A DNA stretch of 64,000 nucleotides from an uncultured Candidatus Saccharibacteria bacterium (GCA_964618625.1 CAZUBI010000001.1:1940-65939); one strand, 5' to 3'. Positions 41,722 through 50,075 are shown, counted from the stretch's first letter. The notes: generated from the letters alone by a model not told the origin. A program made the numbers and translations.

Positions 41722-42381
41722 ATGGAAAACAACCTACAAAATATTAAAGCTGTGATCTTTGATGTTGATGGCACTTTATCTTCTCAAATATCGTGGACAG
41801 CTCTCACAAAAGATTTAGGAGCATCAGTCGAGAAACATCTTGAGATTTTTAAAGAGTTTAAAGAACAAAAGACCACATATGAGGTATCCAAGAAAAAACT
41901 TTTGATATTATGGAAAGAAACTGGTAATGCCAAACGACAATTTTTAGAACAGCTATTTATAAACTGGCCACTCAGAAAAGACGCAGAAGAAATCATTTCA
42001 TTTTTAAAAAATAAAGAATATCTTCTGTGTATTATAACTGGCTCTTTTGATTTATATGCACAAATTATTGCCAAAAGATTAGGGATTAAGTATTATTTTG
42101 CAAACACAAAACTTGATTGGGATTCTAAAGGGAATCTTACTGATTTTCATTATTTTAAAGATCAAGCGTCCAAGAAATTAGAGCAATTTACTGAATTTTG
42201 TAAAATGCAAAATATAAAGTCGGAAAACTGTGTGGCCGTTGGCGATGATGAAAATAATATTAAACTTTTTAAAATCATGAAAGGTATAGCTGTAAAATCG
42301 ATTCATTCTGAACCACTAGAAGAAATTGCTTGGAAGACAATAAATAACCTTTTAGAACTAAAAGAGATTTTAAGTAGATGA
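41722..42381 (+). CDS. HAD-IB family phosphatase (phosphoserine phosphatase-like)
   Basis: FDVDGTL, ITGS, K, AVGDDENN. Confidence 0.82.
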   Translation: MENNLQNIKAVIFDVDGTLSSQISWTALTKDLGASVEKHLEIFKEFKEQKTTYEVSKKKLLILWKETGNAKRQFLEQLFINWPLRKDAEEIISFLKNKEYLLCIITGSFDLYAQIIAKRLGIKYYFANTKLDWDSKGNLTDFHYFKDQASKKLEQFTEFCKMQNIKSENCVAVGDDENNIKLFKIMKGIAVKSIHSEPLEEIAWKTINNLLELKEILSR

Positions 42382-42606
42382 GTTAATCCATTACAGGGTT
42401 GTACCACTTTTTAGTATGCTTGGAATCTGTCGTTGTGGTAAAAAATCAGCTTTTATCGAGAGATCGAGATACACAATCGACTGTTGACCCATAATCTATA
42501 ATCTGGTATTATATAAATGATAAAAGGTAGTCTGAAAAGGTTATTTTTTAAAATTTCAATTGCACTCTTGAAAATTAAAAAAATTTTAGATAAGGAGGAA
42601 AAATAA

Positions 42607-42780
42607 ATGAATAAAATGATAGAAAAAGTGTTATATCAAGCATGCAAAAATAAAAGAGATATTCTTTGTTTAATACCCAAGGAAGGAGGAAATCTTGCGC
42701 TAGCATTTTCTGCACCTAATATGATTAAACTTTCTTTAGAAAAAGATAGAAAAAATAAAAAAGGAGGTAAAAGAAAATGA
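42607..42780 (+). CDS. 57-aa hypothetical protein (SD-led, not in ORF track)
   Basis: AAGGAGG SD, open frame, ATGA overlap with 42777. Confidence 0.5.
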   Translation: MNKMIEKVLYQACKNKRDILCLIPKEGGNLALAFSAPNMIKLSLEKDRKNKKGGKRK

Positions 42781-43205
42781 AAAAAGATGTAAGTAATATA
42801 GTATCTTTAAAAATTGTTCTTATTCGAATACAAAATCTGCATAAGAAGATTTCTCAAGAAGAAGATATGGCAATAGATATGAATCAACATGCCAATCTTT
42901 ATTTCAAAAAACAAATGACAATTTTTAGGAAATTACTTAAAGAATTGGGTAAGAGAATTTATAAAGAAACTAGATCTAAATCAGACGGTATGAAATTCAT
43001 AACATCTAATGTTAAAAAGGTGAAATGTAGAATTACTGAAAAAGGGCAAATAGTTGGAGAAATATTTTTTGATTTTTATCCTTTCCATTTGGAAAATTTT
43101 GTTAAGAAAAACAAATTGAGTTTTGTAAAAAAAGTAGCAGTTCTATTAGAGATACCTAAAGAATATATTGATATACGTTTTCACATGACGGAAGATGCAA
43201 AATAG
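42777..43205 (+). CDS. hypothetical protein (SD-led)
   Basis: AAGGAGGT SD. Confidence 0.6.
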   Translation: MKKDVSNIVSLKIVLIRIQNLHKKISQEEDMAIDMNQHANLYFKKQMTIFRKLLKELGKRIYKETRSKSDGMKFITSNVKKVKCRITEKGQIVGEIFFDFYPFHLENFVKKNKLSFVKKVAVLLEIPKEYIDIRFHMTEDAK

Positions 43206-43260
43206 GGGAAGTGAAGAAAAATGAAGAAACTAAAATCTAAACAATAAAGGAGAGGGAGAA

Positions 43261-43467
43261 ATGACGACTAATAAATATCTTGTGATTTATTGGGAGCATG
43301 GATCGGATGGAACTGGGAAAAGTATTATAAAGCACTGTAAAGAAAATACAAACCAATATATTTGGCTGACCAAGGAAGAAGCATTGCAAGCCTATGCAGA
43401 AGCAAAGAGGCAGAAGAAGCAGAATCTTATGATTTTAAAGAGAGTCGTGAGTTTTGAGAGGAGGTAA
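43261..43467 (+). CDS. hypothetical protein (SD-led)
   Basis: AGGAGAGGGAG SD; terminator at 43480-43529. Confidence 0.55.
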   Translation: MTTNKYLVIYWEHGSDGTGKSIIKHCKENTNQYIWLTKEEALQAYAEAKRQKKQNLMILKRVVSFERR

Positions 43468-43604
43468 AAATGATAATCGAAGGGAGCTCTTCAAATTCCA
43501 TTAAGGATTTTGTAGGATCTCCCTTTTTTATTATCTAAAACAGGTTCTAGCTCTTCGGAAAGCTCAGAGCATAGTAAAGTTCAATTCTGGGAGCGGGTTT
43601 TTAA

Positions 43605-43635
43605 AATCGCCAGAAAGATGATTTTTTGGTATTAT
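43605..43635 (+). repeat. degenerate part B
   Basis: AATCGCCAGAAAGATGATTTTTTGGTATTAT, 8 nt before ATG. Confidence 0.7.
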
Positions 43636-43643
43636 AGAGATAT

Positions 43644-43958
43644 ATGGAAGAAAAACATATAGCAATGTGTGGATTAGAATGTAATACTTGCGAAGCATTC
43701 ATTGCTACAAAAAATAATAATTATGATTTAAGAAAGAAAGTTGCAAAGGAATGGACAGAAAGATATAAAATCAATCCCCCTTTAGAGCCGAGGGATATTA
43801 ATTGTCGGGGTTGTTTATCGCAATACGGACCATTGTATAGAAATTGTCTTTTGTGTGAAGTTAGAAAATGTGGATTTAGTAGAGGGATTAAAAATTGTAA
43901 AGAATGTAAAGATTATAAATGCGATAAGCTCACAAATCTACAAAATAATCTTTTTTAG
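43644..43958 (+). CDS. DUF3795 family Cys-rich protein
   Basis: CGLECNTC, CRGC, CEVRKC, CKECKDYKC. Confidence 0.8.
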   Translation: MEEKHIAMCGLECNTCEAFIATKNNNYDLRKKVAKEWTERYKINPPLEPRDINCRGCLSQYGPLYRNCLLCEVRKCGFSRGIKNCKECKDYKCDKLTNLQNNLF

Positions 43959-43976
43959 AGAAGAAAATCTTAGAAA

Positions 43977-44072
43977 AGTTCCAACATCGTTCCAGAGGGC
44001 CAGCTGTCTAGTTTTTTTATCAAAAGACCGAGATACATTAAAATCGCCAAAAAGGCGATTTTTTGGTAGAAT
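43977..44072 (+). repeat. long-variant repeat (A + insert + B)
   Basis: AGTTCCAACATCGTTCCAGAGGGCCAGC, insert, hairpin, TAGAAT 9 nt before ATG. Confidence 0.88.
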
Positions 44073-44081
44073 ATAGATAAT

Positions 44082-45236
44082 ATGGAAGAGCTATATTCAG
44101 ATATTATTAAATTCACGAAACAATTAGTAGAAACACCATCTCAGAATGGTATTGATTCTGAAAAAAGAATGGCTGATTTGGTATCTGCGAAACTATTTCA
44201 ATTTGGTTTTTCTCCTAAAATTATAGGAAATAAAGAACATCCATCTGCATTTTGTAAAATTAGGAAAAATCCAAAAGGGAAGACTATTTGGCTTGAATCT
44301 TGTCTTGATACTATACCGGCTGGAGATATAAAAAAATGGAAATATCAACCTCTTAAAGCCACAATTAAAGGTTCAAAGATGTATGGGAGAGGCGTAGCCG
44401 ATTCTAAAGTTGGAATAGCTCTTTTTTCTTATTTGGCTAAAGAACTTTATAATAATCCAGAATTTAAGGGAAATATTGTTCTTGGTTTTGATGCTAATGA
44501 ACAAAGTGGAGAATATTCTGGTATAAGAGATATTATAAAATATAAAAAACCAGAAGCTGACGTCTGTATTTTGGGCTATCAAGGTATAGACGAAATTTCT
44601 ATTGGAATGAGGGGTTGGTTAAGATTACAGATTATCACTAAGGGAAAGGCAGCTCATACAGGGAGCAGAAGCAAGAAAGGTAACAATGCGATTCATCAAA
44701 TGACAGAGGTTATTGCGGCCTTAAGGAAATTAAATCTTGGAAGCAAGAAAGGACCATATTTTGAATATGGTTCTAATTTTAATGTATCACTTATTGAAGG
44801 AGGTATTTCTATAAATATTGTTCCTGATGAATGTAAAATAAAGATTGATATAAGATTTCTGCCATCACAAACAAAACAAGAAATTTTAGATAAAATATCC
44901 AAGACATTAAAAGGATTAACAAAGAAAAAGCCTAATATTTATTACGAAATAGAATTTTTGCGATCTGAACCTTCTTTCCTAACTAATCCCAAAGATAAAT
45001 TTGTAAAATTATTACAGAAAATAGCTCAGGATGAACTAAAAACCAGCATTCCAATTGTTACGAGTGGAGCAGGTAGCGTAGGAAGTGTTATTACTAAACT
45101 TAACATACCGATAATAAATTGTTTTGGTTGTAAAAGTAATAATATTCATGCTCCAAATGAATGGATAGATATTAACACTGTGCCTAAAGTCTTTGAAATT
45201 TACAAAAAAGTAATTTTAGAGTTTTGCAAAGATTAG
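44082..45236 (+). CDS. M20 family metallo-hydrolase (DapE/ArgE-like)
   Basis: YGRGVADSK, GKAAHTG, NIVPD, HAPNEWI; first metal His replaced (SCLDT). Confidence 0.8.
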   Translation: MEELYSDIIKFTKQLVETPSQNGIDSEKRMADLVSAKLFQFGFSPKIIGNKEHPSAFCKIRKNPKGKTIWLESCLDTIPAGDIKKWKYQPLKATIKGSKMYGRGVADSKVGIALFSYLAKELYNNPEFKGNIVLGFDANEQSGEYSGIRDIIKYKKPEADVCILGYQGIDEISIGMRGWLRLQIITKGKAAHTGSRSKKGNNAIHQMTEVIAALRKLNLGSKKGPYFEYGSNFNVSLIEGGISINIVPDECKIKIDIRFLPSQTKQEILDKISKTLKGLTKKKPNIYYEIEFLRSEPSFLTNPKDKFVKLLQKIAQDELKTSIPIVTSGAGSVGSVITKLNIPIINCFGCKSNNIHAPNEWIDINTVPKVFEIYKKVILEFCKD

Positions 45237-45260
45237 TTTTTGATTATTTTCTATAAAATA

Positions 45261-45326
45261 GGTTCCAACATCGTCCCATAGCCCCAGCAAATTAGAATCG
45301 CCAAAAAGGCGATTTTTTGGTAGAAT
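45261..45326 (+). repeat. full repeat (A+B)
   Basis: One substitution in core; TAGAAT 9 nt before ATG. Confidence 0.92.
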
Positions 45327-45335
45327 AGAAATAAT

Positions 45336-45842
45336 ATGGAAGATGAATATTTAGATATAGTTGATGAGAATGATAATGTCAAAAGCAAAGACACGAGGGA
45401 GAATATTTGGAAAAGAGGATTAGAGCACAATGTAAGAGTTGTAAATATTTTTATTTTTAATTCAAAAGGGGAATTACTTCTGCCAAAAAGGTCAATGAAT
45501 AGAAGGATTTTTCCAGGATGTTATGATTTTTCTTGTGGCGAGCATGTTCAAGCTGGAGAAGATTATTATGATGCTGCACTCCGAGGATTAAAAGAGGAAT
45601 TAGGAATCGTAGATCAAAAATTAGTTGAGTTGGGAAAAATAACTCCAAAAGAAGGAGTAAATTGTTTTATGAAAGTATATAAATTAACCTATGATGGAGA
45701 AATAAATAAGTATGATAAAAACGGAATTGATAATTTATTCTGGTATGATTTAATAACAATAAAAAAGATAATTAAAGAAGATAAGAATAAATTTAAAACA
45801 GATTTCCCGATTGTTTTAGAATGGCTACAGCAATTTAGTTGA
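45336..45842 (+). CDS. NUDIX hydrolase (IDI/YfcD-like)
   Basis: DIVDEND, GEHVQAGEDYYDAALRGLKEELG Nudix box. Confidence 0.85.
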   Translation: MEDEYLDIVDENDNVKSKDTRENIWKRGLEHNVRVVNIFIFNSKGELLLPKRSMNRRIFPGCYDFSCGEHVQAGEDYYDAALRGLKEELGIVDQKLVELGKITPKEGVNCFMKVYKLTYDGEINKYDKNGIDNLFWYDLITIKKIIKEDKNKFKTDFPIVLEWLQQFS

Positions 45843-45908
45843 GATAAGACGAGAAGGAATTTTTTTATACTGCCTCATTTATCTTATTTGTGATAAAATA
45901 ACTTCAAT

Positions 45909-45952
45909 CAAGATACGTCGAAATCGCTAAAGAGGCGATTTTTTGGTAGAAT
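45909..45952 (+). repeat. part B with remnant of the long-variant insert
   Basis: CAAGATACGTCG-AAATCGCTAAAGAGGCGATTTTTTGGTAGAAT, 6 nt before ATG. Confidence 0.82.
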
Positions 45953-45958
45953 AAGAAT

Positions 45959-46381
45959 ATGAAAATTATAATTGGTGGAAGTATGACTTTCGCCCGAGAA
46001 CAACTTGAAGTCAAAGAAACGTTAGAAAAAAATGGGCACAGTGTTTCATTGACTGATAATATAGAAGATTATGCTAATCATCCTAATATTAAGAAAAGTT
46101 TTAAGGAGGAACTTCAGTTATGTTTGAAAGATGACATTATGAGAAGTTTTTTTAATAAGATCGCGGAAAGCGATGCTTTTTTAGTTTGTAATTACCCAAA
46201 TAAGAAAATTGAAGGATATATAGGAATATCTGTTTTAATGGAACTTGGTCTAGCTTACTATTTAAATAAAAAGATTTATTTACTCTACGAAATTGATCAA
46301 TCACAGAAATATGCTTTAGAGGTAGCGATTATAAATCCTGTAATTCTGAATGGAGACTTGTCCAAGATTGATAGTATCTAG
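45959..46381 (+). CDS. nucleoside 2-deoxyribosyltransferase-like protein
   Basis: IIGGSM, SDAFLVCN, GYIG.SVLMELGLAYYLNKKI. Confidence 0.65.
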   Translation: MKIIIGGSMTFAREQLEVKETLEKNGHSVSLTDNIEDYANHPNIKKSFKEELQLCLKDDIMRSFFNKIAESDAFLVCNYPNKKIEGYIGISVLMELGLAYYLNKKIYLLYEIDQSQKYALEVAIINPVILNGDLSKIDSI

Positions 46382-46390
46382 GGGAAAAAA

Positions 46391-46456
46391 GGTTCCAACA
46401 TCGTTCCATAGCTTCAGCGAATTATAATCGCCAAAAAGGGGATTTTTTGGTAGAAT
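46391..46456 (+). repeat. full repeat (A+B)
   Basis: GGTTCCAACATCGTTCCATAGCTTCAGCG...AATCGCCAAAAAGGGGATTTTTTGGTAGAAT. Confidence 0.88.
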
Positions 46457-46464
46457 AGAACAAT

Positions 46465-46899
46465 ATGAAAAATATAACTAAAAAAGATCAAAAACTTATA
46501 GAAGAAGCAAAGCGTGTCGCAAAAAAGTTTTCAAAAGAAATTTGGTTTTCAAAAATAACTCACAAAAAGAGGAAAATTTCTACCGTCGGTGCTGCCTTAA
46601 GAACAAAAAAAGGAATTGTATACTCCGGTCCAAATATTTATCATCCTTACTCTAGTTCCTCATCAATATGTGCTGAATATACTGTAATTGCAAAAACATA
46701 TAGTGAAGGACATAGAGATATTGATACAATCGTCGCTTGCTGGTACAAAGGAAAGCCTAATCGGGATATATTACCGCCTTGCGGGCAATGTAGAGAGCTT
46801 TTGAGATTATTTGGAGATCCTTGGATAATTATTCAAACAGAAAGTGGGGTTAAAAAAGAAAAACTTAGTAAACTTCTGCCCTATGGAGACGATTTTTAA
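46465..46899 (+). CDS. cytidine deaminase family protein
   Basis: VGAAL, ICAE, PPCGQCRE, LLPY. Confidence 0.82.
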   Translation: MKNITKKDQKLIEEAKRVAKKFSKEIWFSKITHKKRKISTVGAALRTKKGIVYSGPNIYHPYSSSSSICAEYTVIAKTYSEGHRDIDTIVACWYKGKPNRDILPPCGQCRELLRLFGDPWIIIQTESGVKKEKLSKLLPYGDDF

Positions 46900-46922
46900 A
46901 TTTAATAAATATTAATCAAAAA

Positions 46923-46988
46923 GGTTCCAACATCGTTCCATAGCCCCAGCAAATTAGAATCGCCAAAAAGGCGATTTTTTGGTAGAAT
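46923..46988 (+). repeat. full repeat (A+B), consensus copy
   Basis: GGTTCCAACATCGTTCCATAGCCCCAGCAAATTAGAATCGCCAAAAAGGCGATTTTTTGGTAGAAT. Confidence 0.95.
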
Positions 46989-46995
46989 AAGGTAT

Positions 46996-48408
46996 ATGAA
47001 ATTACAATCAATTAACCCCACAACGAAAGAATCTTTAGGAGAATTTGAATCATATTCCGAAGGAATGGTTTTTGATGCAGTTGAAAAAGCCAGAAAATCT
47101 TTTGAAGAATGGAAAAATACCTCTATTTCCAAAAGAGAAAACATCATAAAGAATTTTTCTCGAATACTTGTTAAAAAGAGAAATGAGGTTGCAGAGCTTA
47201 TAACAAAAGAGACGGGAAAACCCATAATAGAGTCGGAGGGGGAAGTGGATGAAATTTTTGGATTAACAGAGTGGTTTTTAAAGGAGACGAAGAATATCAT
47301 TAAAGATGAAAACATTAAACTTGATGTAGATAATGCTTCCGCAAAAGTAAAATTTGAACCAATAGGCGTCGTGGGACTAATTACTCCTTGGAATTTCCCG
47401 ATTAGCACTCCAGCTTGGAAAATAATTCCAGCTTTATTAACGGGTAATACCGTAGTTTTTAAACCTTCTGAACTTTCAACATTTTGTGGTCTAAAGATAG
47501 ATGAAATACTAAAAGAAGCTGGTTTACCAAAAGGTATATTCAACACGATTACTGGAGATGGCAGAACTGGGAAAGATCTCGTTGTCTCCAAAGTGAATAT
47601 GATATCCTTTACTGGTAGTAGTGTGGTCGGTAAAGATGTAGCAGGTAATTCGGGCAAGGGTTTAAAAAAAGTTGTTTTAGAATTAGGTGGCAGTGACCCT
47701 TGTATTATTTTTGATGATGCAATTTTAGAGCAAGCTATTAACGCTGCTTTATTTGGTAGGTTTTTGAATTGCGGTCAGGTTTGCACTGCAGCAAAAAGGA
47801 TTTTTGTTGATAGAAAGATATACGATTCTTTTATTAAGAAATTTGTTCAAAAAGTAAAAGTTTTGAAAATTGGTAATCCATTGGAGAGGAAAACAGAAAT
47901 TGGACCAATCGTGAGTAAAGCTCAATTAGAGAATTTGGAAATTCAAGTAAAGGATGCTATTAACAAAGGAGCTAAACTTCTTTGTGGTGGCAAGAGATTA
48001 GAAGGCAAAGCATATTTCTATGAGCCAACTGTATTAACGGATATCGCAGACGAAATGTTAGTAGCAAAAGAAGAAGTTTTTGGCCCAGTTGCTTCTATAT
48101 TTAGTTTTGATTCTATGGAAGAAGCAATTAAGATGGCGAACAATACAAAATATGGTTTAGGAGCTTCTATTTGGACGAAAGATAGTGAGAAAGCAGAGAA
48201 AGTTGCAAATAGTATTGAAAGCGGAATGGTTTGGATAAATGATTTCGGGACGCCCTATCCGCAGTGTCCCCAGGGTGGCATAAAGGAAAGTGGGATAGGC
48301 AGAGAGTTGTCTAAATACGGTATTTTAGAATTTTGTAGCATGAAAACAATTATAAATTCTAAAGATGAGACGGTTAAAAAACCTTGGTGGTTTCCGTATA
48401 ATTCATAA
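46996..48408 (+). CDS. aldehyde dehydrogenase family protein (SSADH-like)
   Basis: PWNFP, FTGS, LELGG, GQVC, EEVFGP. Confidence 0.92.
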   Translation: MKLQSINPTTKESLGEFESYSEGMVFDAVEKARKSFEEWKNTSISKRENIIKNFSRILVKKRNEVAELITKETGKPIIESEGEVDEIFGLTEWFLKETKNIIKDENIKLDVDNASAKVKFEPIGVVGLITPWNFPISTPAWKIIPALLTGNTVVFKPSELSTFCGLKIDEILKEAGLPKGIFNTITGDGRTGKDLVVSKVNMISFTGSSVVGKDVAGNSGKGLKKVVLELGGSDPCIIFDDAILEQAINAALFGRFLNCGQVCTAAKRIFVDRKIYDSFIKKFVQKVKVLKIGNPLERKTEIGPIVSKAQLENLEIQVKDAINKGAKLLCGGKRLEGKAYFYEPTVLTDIADEMLVAKEEVFGPVASIFSFDSMEEAIKMANNTKYGLGASIWTKDSEKAEKVANSIESGMVWINDFGTPYPQCPQGGIKESGIGRELSKYGILEFCSMKTIINSKDETVKKPWWFPYNS

Positions 48409-48415
48409 CTAAACA

Positions 48416-48481
48416 GGTTCCAACATCGTTCCATGGCCCCAGCAAATTAGAATCGCCAAAGAGACGATTTTTTGGTAGAAT
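48416..48481 (+). repeat. full repeat (A+B)
   Basis: Core 7 nt after stop; TAGAAT 8 nt before ATG 48490. Confidence 0.9.
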
Positions 48482-48489
48482 TAGAGAAT

Positions 48490-49113
48490 ATGAAAAAAAT
48501 CTGCATAGACCCAGGACATCCATCATACTTCAGAGGAACCCAAAAAATAAATTGGGGCTGTGTACAAGGTGATGTGAAAGAGGTGGAATTAAATCTCATA
48601 TTAGCCAATTTATTGAAAGATATACTACAAAAGAAAGATTTTGTCACAGTTTTAACAAGGTATGATAATAAGAAAGTTGTTTCCAATAAAGATAGAGCAA
48701 GAATTGCAAAAGATTTTAATGCTGATCTATTTTTAAGAATTCACGCCAACAATAGGGGAGATGAGAATACCATAGTGAGCGGTGTGAAAACAATTTATCC
48801 GCCTCCTACTGCCAAAGCTATTTCAGTACAATCCTATGCAATAGCCTTAAGTATACATAGAGAAATCATAAAAAAGACAGGGTTAGTAGATAGAAGTGTC
48901 TGTGATGATCGTATAACTGCTCGCAAGAATGAGTTGGGTATGCTTATAGGAACATATTGGGCAAACAAGTATAAGATACCGACAGTGCTAATTGAAACGG
49001 TTTACCTTTCTAACCCAGAAAATAGACGATGGATTTTAAAATCAGCAAATCAGAAGTTAATGATGGAAGCTGTGGCAAAAGGAATAGAGCAATATTTTAA
49101 AGGAAAAGGATAA
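48490..49113 (+). CDS. N-acetylmuramoyl-L-alanine amidase (Amidase_3)
   Basis: IDPGH, E..LNL, LTR, RIHAN, PTVLIETVYLSN; ATG 48490. Confidence 0.88.
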   Translation: MKKICIDPGHPSYFRGTQKINWGCVQGDVKEVELNLILANLLKDILQKKDFVTVLTRYDNKKVVSNKDRARIAKDFNADLFLRIHANNRGDENTIVSGVKTIYPPPTAKAISVQSYAIALSIHREIIKKTGLVDRSVCDDRITARKNELGMLIGTYWANKYKIPTVLIETVYLSNPENRRWILKSANQKLMMEAVAKGIEQYFKGKG

Positions 49114-49217
49114 AATTCGGCGTAACATTATTGCAATTTAAATAAATTTATAAAAAAATATGAAAAAAGATAAACTAGATTCAACTGCTATAGGGACAGC
49201 AGCATTTTTTTACTAAT

Positions 49218-49248
49218 AAAATATGGAGGTTGAACCTCCATATTTTTT
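49218..49248. terminator. bidirectional intrinsic terminator closing the array
   Basis: AAAATATGGAGG-TTGAA-CCTCCATATTTT between convergent genes. Confidence 0.75.
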
Positions 49249-49271
49249 GTTATTTTATTTCTTTTATCTTT

Positions 49272-49754
49272 TTAGTCCTTTTTTTCTTCTGTTTCGGAAA
49301 TATTAATATTTTTTGCTCGTTCTAATAAATCTTTTCTATCTGGATCATCAGTTAACGGACCATCTTCTCGTAGTAAATTTAATATTGTCCCGATTTCGCG
49401 TTTAGAAATTTCTTCTTTGCTTGTTTCTTCTATTCTATCCAATCCTTTTATAATATTTAGTTTAATAGGATTTTCTGCTTCCTTAGTTCTTTCTTTTCTA
49501 ATTTCCTTGTCATGAGCTTCAGTTTTTTTTATTTCTTCTGGCGCTATTAGATTTAATCTTTCTATCATTTTTTCTCTGTCAGGATCATTTGCTAAAGGGC
49601 CATTTTCTCGTAATAGATTTAACATGCTATTAACCCCTGATTGACTAATTTCTCCTTTCTTAGCCATTTCTTCTAACCTATCTAGTCCACTTATAATATT
49701 TTGTTTTATAACAGTTTCATTATTTTCTGACTTTGATTCAAATGAATTAAACAT
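49272..49754 (-). CDS. hypothetical protein with two internal ~55-aa repeats
   Basis: NII.GLDR.EE...LNLLRE.GPL..DPDR occurs twice. Confidence 0.7.
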   Translation of the reverse strand: MFNSFESKSENNETVIKQNIISGLDRLEEMAKKGEISQSGVNSMLNLLRENGPLANDPDREKMIERLNLIAPEEIKKTEAHDKEIRKERTKEAENPIKLNIIKGLDRIEETSKEEISKREIGTILNLLREDGPLTDDPDRKDLLERAKNINISETEEKKD

Positions 49755-49908
49755 ATTTTTAGTAATTTATTAGATTTTTAAAACAACTTTTATTTATTAT
49801 AATATACTTTCTTAATAATTGTCAATTTTGAGAACAAGGAGTTAATTTGGTTTAATTTTAGATATAAGAAATATAAAGGATATGGGAAGATTGAGGGAGA
49901 GACTTGAC

Positions 49909-49978
49909 CCCCACACCATAACGAGCACTGAGTGTCTTTGGCACTAAGATACGAAGTATGTGCTCATTTGGTGTAGAG
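49909..49978. repeat. MITE/REP-like palindromic element
   Basis: Ends CCCCACACCATA / TTTGGTGTAGAG, flanked by CTTGAC direct repeats. Confidence 0.45.
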
Positions 49979-50011
49979 CTTGACAAATTATTTTTGTTTG
50001 CTATAATGAAA

Positions 50012-50075
50012 ATGCTGTTGTCTAGAGATATTAAATAGCTTGCTATCTAATTTCGAAAGGCGACAGCATTTTTTT
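50012..50075 (+). ncRNA. candidate small RNA, copy 1
   Basis: TTGACA-16-TATAAT promoter, closing stem, CUUG hairpin, U tract. Confidence 0.5.

Larger units (their letters stand above)
29387..49200 (+). mobile_element. tRNA-adjacent gene-cassette array with att-like repeats (integron-like, no integrase in window)
   Basis: 14 att-like cores and 13 hairpin-promoter modules separating co-oriented, unrelated genes. Confidence 0.75.

Noticed and set aside
46902-47657. 251-aa minus-strand ORF, and similar ORFs at 25614-26036 and 26355-26885
   Set aside because: Antisense shadows of the well-supported ALDH and GroEL genes.
30321-48481. CRISPR array interpretation of the 26-29 bp repeat starting GTT
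   Set aside because: Intervals are 0.5-6 kb and contain whole genes rather than 30-40 bp spacers; no cas genes in the window.
29387-49200. Classical integron or CALIN with attC sites
   Set aside because: No long imperfect palindrome with RYYYAAC/GTTRRRY ends and no intI; the only hairpin is a 7-11 bp terminator-like stem.
29387-49200. Prophage or IS cluster at the tRNA-Ser site
   Set aside because: No phage structural, integrase or transposase motifs, and I saw no duplicated tRNA-Ser 3' end (CCTCTCCG) at the far side.
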